Source of the DNA: Candidatus Omnitrophota bacterium
GTDB taxonomy: Bacteria > Omnitrophota > Gorgyraeia > Tantalellales > Tantalellaceae
Direction: 5' to 3'
NCBI GenBank assembly: GCA_014728075.1
Contig: WJMG01000091.1
Span: forward strand, 13,181 to 77,180
Length of the DNA: 64,000 nt
Below are positions 56,408-64,000 of this stretch, one piece after another. Made by a program: the position numbers and the translations under genes. Below the pieces are notes generated by a model. It worked only from the letters and a program-made list of their open reading frames with translations. It ran no database searches and was not told where the DNA came from. The first letter of the stretch is position 1, and each line of letters begins with the position of its first letter.

Positions 56408-58108
56408 ATGGCTTACAGTTATGACGCAAAGGTGGCTTCCGGTATCAAGCTTAAAAAGATAGAGGATATAGCCAAAAAGGCGGGAATTACATCCAAATAC
56501 CTTATCCCTCACGGCAAATATGTGGCCAAAGTGTCGGCGGATATATTGAATTCTCTGAAAAAAAGGAAGAACGGCAAGCATGTGCTGGTGACATCAATAA
56601 CCCCGACCCATCTCGGTGAAGGTAAAACGGTTAATACCATAGGGCTTTCGATGGCCCTTAACAAGCTCGGCAAAAAGTCCATCGCGTGTCTCCGGCAGCC
56701 GTCACTCGGACCTACTTTCGGCATCAAGGGCGGAGCGGCGGGAGGAGGGCATTCCCAGGTCCTGCCGACGGATATTATTAACATGAACCTTACCGGTGAC
56801 TCTTATGCCGTTGCCAACGCGCAGAACCTTTGCGCGGCTTTTCTCGATAACAGCCTTTTCTGGGATAATCACCTCCATATAGACAAGGACAGTATCAACT
56901 GGAAAAGGGTCTCGGAGCTCAACGACAGGTCGCTCAGGAATATTTCCATAGGCGGCGGCGGCAAGCTTCACGGTGTAAGCCGGAAAAGCGGGATAGATAT
57001 AACGGCCGCCGGGGAATGCATGGCCATTCTTTCGCTGGCGGAAAATCTCAAGGACCTCCGGTCCCGGCTCGCGAAAGTTATAGTGGCTTTCAATAAAAAA
57101 GGAAAGCCCGTAACTGCCGAAGATCTGGGCGTCGCGGGAGCGATGACCGCAATGATGAAGGAGGCCCTTAATCCTAATATTATGCAGACTATCGAACATA
57201 CCCCGTGCTTTGTACACACGGGCGCCTTCGCCAATGTGTCTCACGGGTCGAGCTCGGTCATAGCAGATAAGATCGCCATAAAATTATCCGATTATACCGT
57301 CACCGAGACCGGTTTCGGGGTGGACCTGGGTGCCGAGAAGTTCATAGACATAAAAGCGCGTGAAGCCGGATTCAGGCCGGATGTAGCCGTGCTGAACTGT
57401 TCCGTACGGGCCCTTAAGATACATAGCGGCGATTTTTCCGTCAAAGGGGGTGTTCTGCCCTCCGATATCAGGAAAGAGAACCTTTCCGCCGTAGACCGTG
57501 GATGTTCCAACCTGGAGAAGCAGGTCGAGAACCTGAAGATGTTCGGTGTGCCTATAGTTATCTGCATTAACAAATTCGATTCGGATACCAAAAAAGAGAT
57601 CGATGTGGTCATAAAACGGGCCGAGGCGCTCGGTGTTCACGGGATAGCGGTAAGTAATGTGTACAAAGAAGGCGGCAAGGGCGGTGTTGAGATGGCTAAA
57701 GCCGTAATAGAGGCGTCTAAGGAAAAGTCCAGGATGACTTTTCTTTACCCTCTCGATATGAACCTCAGAAGCAAGATCGAAAGGGTGGCCAAATCTATGT
57801 ACGGAGCCAGTGAAGTGAAATATTCGGAACAGGTACTGGCAAAGATCGAGTGCGTAGAGGGCACTTCACTTGACGAATTGCCTGTATGTATGGCCAAGAC
57901 CCAGCTCTCATTGTCAAATAATCCTAATAAGAAAGGCCGTCCCAGGGGTTTTAAACTTACCATCGACGACATCGATATAGCCGCGGGCGCGGGGTATATA
58001 GTGGCCAAGTGCGAGGGTGTGAACACCATGCCGGGCTTGCCTAAGAAACCGCGTGGTGCCGGCATCGATGTGGACCTCAAGACCGGTGATATAAAAGGCC
58101 TTGTCTGA
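56408..58108 (+). CDS. fhs: Formate--tetrahydrofolate ligase (divergent)
   Basis: GEGKT, PSLGPTFGIKGGAAGGG, GFG.DLGAEKF, CMAKTQ, TMPGLP. Confidence 0.9.
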   Translation: MAYSYDAKVASGIKLKKIEDIAKKAGITSKYLIPHGKYVAKVSADILNSLKKRKNGKHVLVTSITPTHLGEGKTVNTIGLSMALNKLGKKSIACLRQPSLGPTFGIKGGAAGGGHSQVLPTDIINMNLTGDSYAVANAQNLCAAFLDNSLFWDNHLHIDKDSINWKRVSELNDRSLRNISIGGGGKLHGVSRKSGIDITAAGECMAILSLAENLKDLRSRLAKVIVAFNKKGKPVTAEDLGVAGAMTAMMKEALNPNIMQTIEHTPCFVHTGAFANVSHGSSSVIADKIAIKLSDYTVTETGFGVDLGAEKFIDIKAREAGFRPDVAVLNCSVRALKIHSGDFSVKGGVLPSDIRKENLSAVDRGCSNLEKQVENLKMFGVPIVICINKFDSDTKKEIDVVIKRAEALGVHGIAVSNVYKEGGKGGVEMAKAVIEASKEKSRMTFLYPLDMNLRSKIERVAKSMYGASEVKYSEQVLAKIECVEGTSLDELPVCMAKTQLSLSNNPNKKGRPRGFKLTIDDIDIAAGAGYIVAKCEGVNTMPGLPKKPRGAGIDVDLKTGDIKGLV

Positions 58109-58138
58109 ATAAGACTTTCACTTACATGAGGGGGTTCC

Positions 58139-58750
58139 ATGAACGGAAGTTACATGGAAGGGGAATTCAGCGCATTTCTCGGGGACTTGTCTTCCAGGAA
58201 GATGACCCCGGGAGGAGGCAGCGCATCCGCCGCGGCGGCGGCTCTGGGGGCGGCGCTTAACTTGATGGTTATAAATTACACTCTAGACAAGGACGGGAAA
58301 GGTCCGGAAGACCTGGTCCGTTCGGGCGAACAGCAAAGGGCCGTGCTGGAAAGCCTTAAAGTCCTTGTCGACAAGGATTGCGAAGTCTTCCGGGAACTCA
58401 TGAAAGGCCTTTCATCCGGGTCGGGTGACCTCCAGGAGCTTTACAGGAAGGCGGCGATGGTGCCCGCGGAGATCTGCCGACTTTCTTTCGCTTCGGCGGA
58501 GATCTCCTTGTTCCTCGCTAAGGAAGGGAACAGGAACCTTATCTCCGATGTCGGATGCGCGGCCTCGATCCTGCGCTCTTCTTACTCGGCGGCAAGGCAT
58601 AATGTATGCGTTAATCTCAGGCACATCGATGATAGAAAGTTCGTTCGAGAGCTTTCTTCCGAATTGGACATAAAGCGGGAAGAGATCTTTCACCTGGATA
58701 AGGCCGTACAGTTAATGATCGAAGATGCTCTTAAACGAAAGGACCGGTGA
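58139..58750 (+). CDS. Cyclodeaminase/cyclohydrolase family protein (FchA-like)
   Basis: TPGGGSASA, GNRNLISDVG, NVCVNL; lies between fhs and folD. Confidence 0.88.
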   Translation: MNGSYMEGEFSAFLGDLSSRKMTPGGGSASAAAAALGAALNLMVINYTLDKDGKGPEDLVRSGEQQRAVLESLKVLVDKDCEVFRELMKGLSSGSGDLQELYRKAAMVPAEICRLSFASAEISLFLAKEGNRNLISDVGCAASILRSSYSAARHNVCVNLRHIDDRKFVRELSSELDIKREEIFHLDKAVQLMIEDALKRKDR

Positions 58751-58751
58751 G

Positions 58752-59609
58752 ATGGTCAAAATGGTCAACGGCAGGGCGATAGCCCGTAAAAGCAACGATT
58801 CGGTCAAGGAAAAGATCGCCGGCATTGTTTCCGGGGGCGGCGGTCCGTTAAAGCTCGTATCGGTGTCGGTCGGTTCTAACGAAGGCGCCAGGATATATAT
58901 GGCGATGCAGAAGAGGGCGGCGGAATATGTTGGGATCGATTTCGAAACTATAGAACTGCCGGGGGCGACATCCCAGGAGGAACTGTTTGCCCTGATAAAC
59001 GAACTTAACGGCGACCGGGGCGTTACGGCTATGATCGTTCAATCCCCGGTACCTGCCCGGATAGACCACAACAGGGCCGTCGCGGCCGTTGCCCCTTTCA
59101 AGGACGCCGAGGGTATACATCCGTACAATCTCGGCAAGATCCTTCGTATGGAAGCCGATATAGTTCCATGTACCCCGGGTGCCGTTATGAAGATCCTGCG
59201 GAATATAGGATGTGAGCTTTACGGCAAGGAGGTCGTGATAATCGGACACTCCGCTATAGTCGGCAAACCCCTGAGCCTTATGATGCTTAACGAGAACGCT
59301 ACGACGACCGTGTGCCATCTCGCGACCAGCGAAAAGGGGGATATAATATCCCATTCCCGAAAGGCGGATATCCTCGTCGTGGCGGCGGGAGCTGCGGGGC
59401 TTGTCAAAAGCGGATGGATAAAAGAAGGGGCGGTAGTCGTTGATGTGGGGATAAATAAAGTGGACGGCGGAGTGGTCGGAGATGTGGATCCGCGCGCGGC
59501 CTCTGAGAAAGCGTCTTATCTTACGCCCGTGCCCGGCGGGGTGGGGCCGGTCACTGTCTCGATCCTCATGCGGAATGTTCTGAGGGCATATCTGGAACAG
59601 AAAGGTTAG
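58752..59609 (+). CDS. folD: Methylene-THF dehydrogenase (FolD family)
   Basis: KDAEG, PCTP, IVGKP, DVGIN, TPVPGGVGP. Confidence 0.93.
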   Translation: MVKMVNGRAIARKSNDSVKEKIAGIVSGGGGPLKLVSVSVGSNEGARIYMAMQKRAAEYVGIDFETIELPGATSQEELFALINELNGDRGVTAMIVQSPVPARIDHNRAVAAVAPFKDAEGIHPYNLGKILRMEADIVPCTPGAVMKILRNIGCELYGKEVVIIGHSAIVGKPLSLMMLNENATTTVCHLATSEKGDIISHSRKADILVVAAGAAGLVKSGWIKEGAVVVDVGINKVDGGVVGDVDPRAASEKASYLTPVPGGVGPVTVSILMRNVLRAYLEQKG

Positions 59610-59618
59610 AGGTGACAA

Positions 59619-60359
59619 ATGGGAAGAGTATCACTTGAACTTGTGCCTAGAAGTGAAGAGTCCTTCACGGTTGAACTTGAAGAGGTCCGAGAAAGGTTCT
59701 CCTGCATAGACACCCTAAATATTCCCGATATTTTAAAATTCGATATGCGTATACCTGAAGCCTGCAGGGTCGCCGCCCCTTTTTTCAGTAATATTATCCC
59801 TCATATACGCGCGGTTTCCGTCCACAGGGAGAAGCCGTTGCCTTTCAAACGGTATTTCCAGGAGCTCGGAATAAAAGAAGCGCTTGTGATCCTCGGAGAT
59901 AACCCGGAAATAGTCTCTGAGAGCGAAATGCCCTGCGACAGCCCGGGCCTCATACGCAAGATAAAGAAGGAAATGCCCGGCGTGAAGGTTTACGCTGGAA
60001 TAGATCAGTGGCGGACCACCATTGAGGAAGAAATAGCTTACGCCGGAGAGAAGATCGACGCCGGAGCGGACGGTTTTTTCACCCAGCCGTTTTTTGATAT
60101 CGATCACATGCGTAAATGGGGGGAACACCTTACGGATACCGAGATATTCTGGGGAGTAGCTCCCGTTATAAGAGAATCTTCGCGTAAATACTGGGAAAAT
60201 AAGAACAAGGTGGTCTTCCCCGAGAATTTCGCCTGCAGCATGGAGTGGAATAAAGACTTTGCCCGGGAAGTGCTGGATTTTTCAGGCTCCGAGAATTCCC
60301 ATGTGTATTTTTGTCCGATAACGGTGGATTTTGTGGATTATCTTACCGGTATTATATGA
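59619..60359 (+). CDS. metF: Methylenetetrahydrofolate reductase-like protein (short MetF)
   Basis: SLELVPR, IPHIR, GD, KIDAGADGFFTQPFFD; follows folD. Confidence 0.8.
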   Translation: MGRVSLELVPRSEESFTVELEEVRERFSCIDTLNIPDILKFDMRIPEACRVAAPFFSNIIPHIRAVSVHREKPLPFKRYFQELGIKEALVILGDNPEIVSESEMPCDSPGLIRKIKKEMPGVKVYAGIDQWRTTIEEEIAYAGEKIDAGADGFFTQPFFDIDHMRKWGEHLTDTEIFWGVAPVIRESSRKYWENKNKVVFPENFACSMEWNKDFAREVLDFSGSENSHVYFCPITVDFVDYLTGII

Positions 60360-60373
60360 TAGAGGTCGGCAAA

Positions 60374-61177
60374 ATGGGTTACCGAAACGAAGTAATATCA
60401 TCGATCGAGGCGAAAAAAAAGCGTGGTCAAAAGATAACCATGCTTACCGCATACGATTATCCTACCGGCCGTATGGTGGACCGGGCAGGTATAGATGCCG
60501 TTCTTGTGGGTGATTCTCTCGGGATGGTGGTGCTGGGGTATGAAACGACGAGAAAGGTCACAATGGACGATATGTTACACCACGCCAGGGCAGTTAGAAA
60601 AGGCGTTGAGCGTGCTCTGCTTGTAGGGGATATGCCGTATATGTCGTGTGAGCCTGACGAAGACGCCGCCGTCAGGAACGCCAGGAGATTTATCCGGGAG
60701 GCCGGTTGCGATGCCGTTAAGGTGGAAGGCGGGACCGGCGTCGTCAGCAGGATAGAAGCTATAATAGCCGACGGGATACCCGTTATGGGGCATGTAGGGC
60801 TTACCCCTCAGAGCGTGGACGAGGGGAACGGGTTTAAGGTAAAAGGCCGCGGGAAAGAGGATGCCGAGAAGATAATAAAAGACGCGGCTGCGGTCCAGGG
60901 CGCGGGGTGTTTTTCCGTGGTCCTCGAATGTGTTCCGGCCGTTCTGGCCGGAAAAATAACCGCAGAACTTACTATACCCACTATCGGCATCGGGGCCGGG
61001 CCCTCCTGCGACGGGCAGGTCCTGGTGATCCACGACCTTCTGGGGATGTTCGATAAATTCGTCCCGAAATTCGTTAAACGATACGCTGACCTTAATGCTG
61101 AGGCGGTCAGGGCCATCGAGGCTTTCAAGCAGGAAGTGGAGTCGGGGGAATTCCCTTCCGCGGACAGTTCGTTTTGA
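60374..61177 (+). CDS. panB: 3-methyl-2-oxobutanoate hydroxymethyltransferase
   Basis: MLTAYD, LVGDSLG, VKVEGG, GHVGLTPQ, GIGAG..CDGQVLV. Confidence 0.97.
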   Translation: MGYRNEVISSIEAKKKRGQKITMLTAYDYPTGRMVDRAGIDAVLVGDSLGMVVLGYETTRKVTMDDMLHHARAVRKGVERALLVGDMPYMSCEPDEDAAVRNARRFIREAGCDAVKVEGGTGVVSRIEAIIADGIPVMGHVGLTPQSVDEGNGFKVKGRGKEDAEKIIKDAAAVQGAGCFSVVLECVPAVLAGKITAELTIPTIGIGAGPSCDGQVLVIHDLLGMFDKFVPKFVKRYADLNAEAVRAIEAFKQEVESGEFPSADSSF

Positions 61178-61195
61178 CCGGAACGGTGCCATCGA

Positions 61196-62335
61196 ATGAA
61201 AAATTACCTTGATAACTGGGAAAAGATCTTCGGCGTAAGAAGGGCAAAAAGAATATTTATAGCCGCTACCAGGCAGAATGTAGGTAAGACCACGATATCG
61301 CTCGGATTACTGGCAGCCATGCGGAAACGGTTCGACGGGGTCGGTTTCATCAAGCCGGTAGGGCAACGGTATCTGGAAAAACACGGGTTCAAGGTTGACG
61401 AGGACTCCCTGTTGATGGACCGGATATTCGATTTCGGGCTTCCTCTCGACGCTCTTTCCCCTGTAGCTATCGATAAAGGATTTACGGAGAGGTATCTTGA
61501 CGGGCTTGTCGGAAAAGATGCCAATAAGCAGATAACCGATTCTTTCCGGCTTGTGGCCGAGGGAAGGGACATGGTGGTCATAGAAGGGACCGGCCACGCG
61601 GGCGTAGGGTCGGTGTTCGATCTTTCTAACGCCGATGTGGCGAAAATGCTGGGTGCCGGGGTGATACTTGTCTCTCCGGGCGGAATAGGCAACCCTATTG
61701 ATGTGATCATGCTGAACAAGGCTTTGTTCGACAGTAAAGGAGTAAGGATAGCCGGTGTTATCGTCAATAAGGTCCGCCCGGCAAAGTACGAAAAGGTCAA
61801 TAAATATGTCCGCCTCGGGCTTAACCGGCTCGGCATACCTGTCCTGGGAGTTGTTCCTTACATGGAAATGCTCGATGCTCCCACTCTCAGGGATTTTAAG
61901 GAAGAACTTGATATGCATGTTCTCTGCGGAGAGGAATTCCTTGACCGGCAGACTAAAAAAGTACTTGTCGGCGCGATGGAGGTTAAAGAAGCCGTACATT
62001 TTATAGAGAACGATTGTTTGATGATCACTCCCGGTGACAGGACGGATCTTTTGAACCATATAATCAAAATGCATTCATCCAGGTATAAGTTCAGATTGAG
62101 AATGACCGGGCTCGTTCTTTCCGGCGGTATGGTTCCCAGGCGGAGGGTCTTCAACGCTCTAAAAAAAGCCGGGATACCGGTCCTTATGACCAGAAGGGAC
62201 ACTTACGATGTTGCTTCAAGGATCCACGATCTGACGGTGAAGATCAAGTCCCGCGATGTCAACAAGATCAAGATCGCTATAGATATGTTCGAAAAACATG
62301 TGGATATGGATGCGGTCACGAGGGCTATAGGCTAG
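61196..62335 (+). CDS. BioD-like P-loop + DRTGG domain protein (Pta N-terminal-like)
   Basis: NVGKTT, FIKPVG, IEGTGH, TPGDRTD, LSGG. Confidence 0.85.
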   Translation: MKNYLDNWEKIFGVRRAKRIFIAATRQNVGKTTISLGLLAAMRKRFDGVGFIKPVGQRYLEKHGFKVDEDSLLMDRIFDFGLPLDALSPVAIDKGFTERYLDGLVGKDANKQITDSFRLVAEGRDMVVIEGTGHAGVGSVFDLSNADVAKMLGAGVILVSPGGIGNPIDVIMLNKALFDSKGVRIAGVIVNKVRPAKYEKVNKYVRLGLNRLGIPVLGVVPYMEMLDAPTLRDFKEELDMHVLCGEEFLDRQTKKVLVGAMEVKEAVHFIENDCLMITPGDRTDLLNHIIKMHSSRYKFRLRMTGLVLSGGMVPRRRVFNALKKAGIPVLMTRRDTYDVASRIHDLTVKIKSRDVNKIKIAIDMFEKHVDMDAVTRAIG

Positions 62336-62346
62336 TTGAAAGGTAC

Positions 62347-63369
62347 ATGAGAAATACAGTCACATCATTTTTGGCCTTTTGCATCTGTTCGGCCGCTTTA
62401 CTTTCCGGTTGTACCCCTGTTAAGGGAAATGAATATTCCCGCACTCTCCCCGTAATGGGGACTTACCTGCAGGTCAAGTTGGGAGATCCCGCCGTGAGCC
62501 GGGAAAAGGCCCTGAACGCAATTGACGAGGCTTTTCGACTCGCTGAATATCTGGAGAAAGTACTGAGCATTTATTATCCCGACAGCGAAGTCAATGTGCT
62601 TAACCGCAGTAAAAGTTTAAACGCTTCCGAGGACCTTTATTCGGTAATATCTATCGCGGAAAAAATAGGCCGGTCGACGGACGGAGGATTCGACATAACC
62701 GTGGCTCCCGTAATGAGGGATTCGGGCCTGTATGCCGCTCTTCCGGAAAAGATACGGGATACTATTCCTGCGGGCTACGGCGGCCTGGGATGGCGTAATG
62801 TGGAAATAGACCGGGCAGGCAGGAAAATAGAGCTCAGGAACGGCGCCTGGGTCGACCTTTCCGGAATAGCCAAAGGATATATAGTTGACAGAATATACGG
62901 CTTGTTCCGTGAAAAGGGGATAAAAGGCGTTCTGGTGAACGCGGGAGGCGACATGTATTGCGGGCCCAGGCCCGGCGGTAAACCCTGGAATATCGGGGTA
63001 AGAGACCCGGGTTCGGGCAGTATAGCTATTGTCCTGAGGATATACGAGGGGGCCGTGGCTACAAGCGGGGACTACGAAAATGTCGTGTTCAATGAGGCTG
63101 CCGGAAGTTATTTTTCCCATATAATAGATCCGGGGTCCGAAGTCCCGCTTATCGAAGCCCCGTCCGGTATAACAGTCATAACGGGTTCCGCCGCGCGGGC
63201 TGACGCTCTGGCCACAGGGATGATGGCTATGGGTCCGGAAAGAGCCGTGCTCCTTGCGGAACTTCAGGATGATGTGGAAGTTCTGGTTATCGATGAAAAG
63301 AACGGGGAAAAGCGGACGGTCTTCTCGAAAGGCGCGGAGAGATATTTCCCGGGGGAATATTTAAAATGA
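62347..63369 (+). CDS. apbE: FAD:protein FMN transferase lipoprotein
   Basis: Lipobox LSGC; MGT, FDITV, DLSGIAKG, ATSGDYE, HIIDP, ADALAT. Confidence 0.93.
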   Translation: MRNTVTSFLAFCICSAALLSGCTPVKGNEYSRTLPVMGTYLQVKLGDPAVSREKALNAIDEAFRLAEYLEKVLSIYYPDSEVNVLNRSKSLNASEDLYSVISIAEKIGRSTDGGFDITVAPVMRDSGLYAALPEKIRDTIPAGYGGLGWRNVEIDRAGRKIELRNGAWVDLSGIAKGYIVDRIYGLFREKGIKGVLVNAGGDMYCGPRPGGKPWNIGVRDPGSGSIAIVLRIYEGAVATSGDYENVVFNEAAGSYFSHIIDPGSEVPLIEAPSGITVITGSAARADALATGMMAMGPERAVLLAELQDDVEVLVIDEKNGEKRTVFSKGAERYFPGEYLK

Positions 63370-64000
63370 AGGTAATGATCGCTATGTCGGGCGGTGTTGA
63401 TTCCAGCGTGGCCGCCTACGAATTGAAGAAAAAGGGATACGATGTTGTCGGCATGACGATGCGTACCTGGGACGCGGGAGCCGACGCCGGTGAGCGGGAT
63501 GATAAATTCTGTTGTTCCGAAGAAGCCGTAACCAGAGCGGCGGCCGTATGCGCCCGGCTCGGCATGATCCACCGTGTGGTGGACCTGTCCCGTGAATTCG
63601 AGGAGGAGGTCAAATCGTATTTCGCGAAGGAATATTCGGCCGGCAGAACACCAAATCCCTGTATAATATGCAATACCAGGCTCAAGTTCGGGCGTCTTTT
63701 CAGTGAGGCGAAAAAGCTGGGTGCCGAAAAGATAGCTACCGGCCATTTCGCTAGGATCATCGAAAAGCAGGGGGAACACCTGCTCTGTACCGGCGCCGAC
63801 AGCGCAAAAGACCAGTCTTATTTTCTTTACGCGCTTCCCAGGAACATACTTCGCTCGATAGTTTTTCCGCTCGGGGAGATCACGAAAGAAAAGGTCAGGC
63901 GGATCGCCTCCGAGCGGGGATTTGTTTCCGCCGGTACCCCTTCGAGCCAGGATATCTGTTTCGCTCCCGGGAACGGGGGATATAGGAAATATCTTGAGGA
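63366..64000 (+). CDS. mnmA: tRNA-specific 2-thiouridylase, 3' truncated by window edge (not in ORF track)
   Basis: Hand translation from ATG 63366: MKVMIAMSGGVDSSVAA...TPNPCIICN...ATGH...KDQSYFL...SQDICF. Confidence 0.95.
   Translation, partial: MKVMIAMSGGVDSSVAAYELKKKGYDVVGMTMRTWDAGADAGERDDKFCCSEEAVTRAAAVCARLGMIHRVVDLSREFEEEVKSYFAKEYSAGRTPNPCIICNTRLKFGRLFSEAKKLGAEKIATGHFARIIEKQGEHLLCTGADSAKDQSYFLYALPRNILRSIVFPLGEITKEKVRRIASERGFVSAGTPSSQDICFAPGNGGYRKYLE

Overview
A 64 kb chromosomal segment of a roughly 50% GC, probably anaerobic diderm bacterium; gene order and content suggest the PVC superphylum, e.g. Omnitrophota (inference only). It is mostly + strand housekeeping: DHH-CBS-tRNA nucleotidyltransferase, rbfA, nrnA, truB, ribF, rpsO, pnp, dut, uppP, ftsK, rodZ-like, rimO, pgsA, pgpA; uvrA; a TPR-ExbB-ExbD-TonB motor operon; tRNA-Ala(CGC); two parvulins, pdxA, rsmA, gatCAB, S41 protease, tsaD, mgtC; polA, coaE, rho, rpmE, prfA, prmC, murA, rpsP, trmD, rplS, rnhB; fhs-fchA-folD-metF, panB, apbE, mnmA. 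The most interesting part is a signalling locus at about 14.6-23.4 kb. It encodes a PilZ-fused PhcB-like SAM methyltransferase (candidate quorum-sensing signal synthase), two paralogous multi-TM sensor kinases, stand-alone receiver proteins, a GAF-HD-GYP phosphodiesterase and two HTH proteins. Two sharply AT-rich blocks cover the synthase and the membrane sensor domains, with GC breakpoints inside genes. This resembles the exchangeable specificity (pherotype) cassettes of agr and comQXP. Other notable points: a bactofilin-HTH fusion next to a membrane-anchored HTH protein, apparent window-wide absence of the tetramer ACGT, and a FolD lacking the cyclohydrolase lysine next to FchA. No CRISPR array, IS element, integrase or rRNA was seen. 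All calls were made by eye, without database searches.
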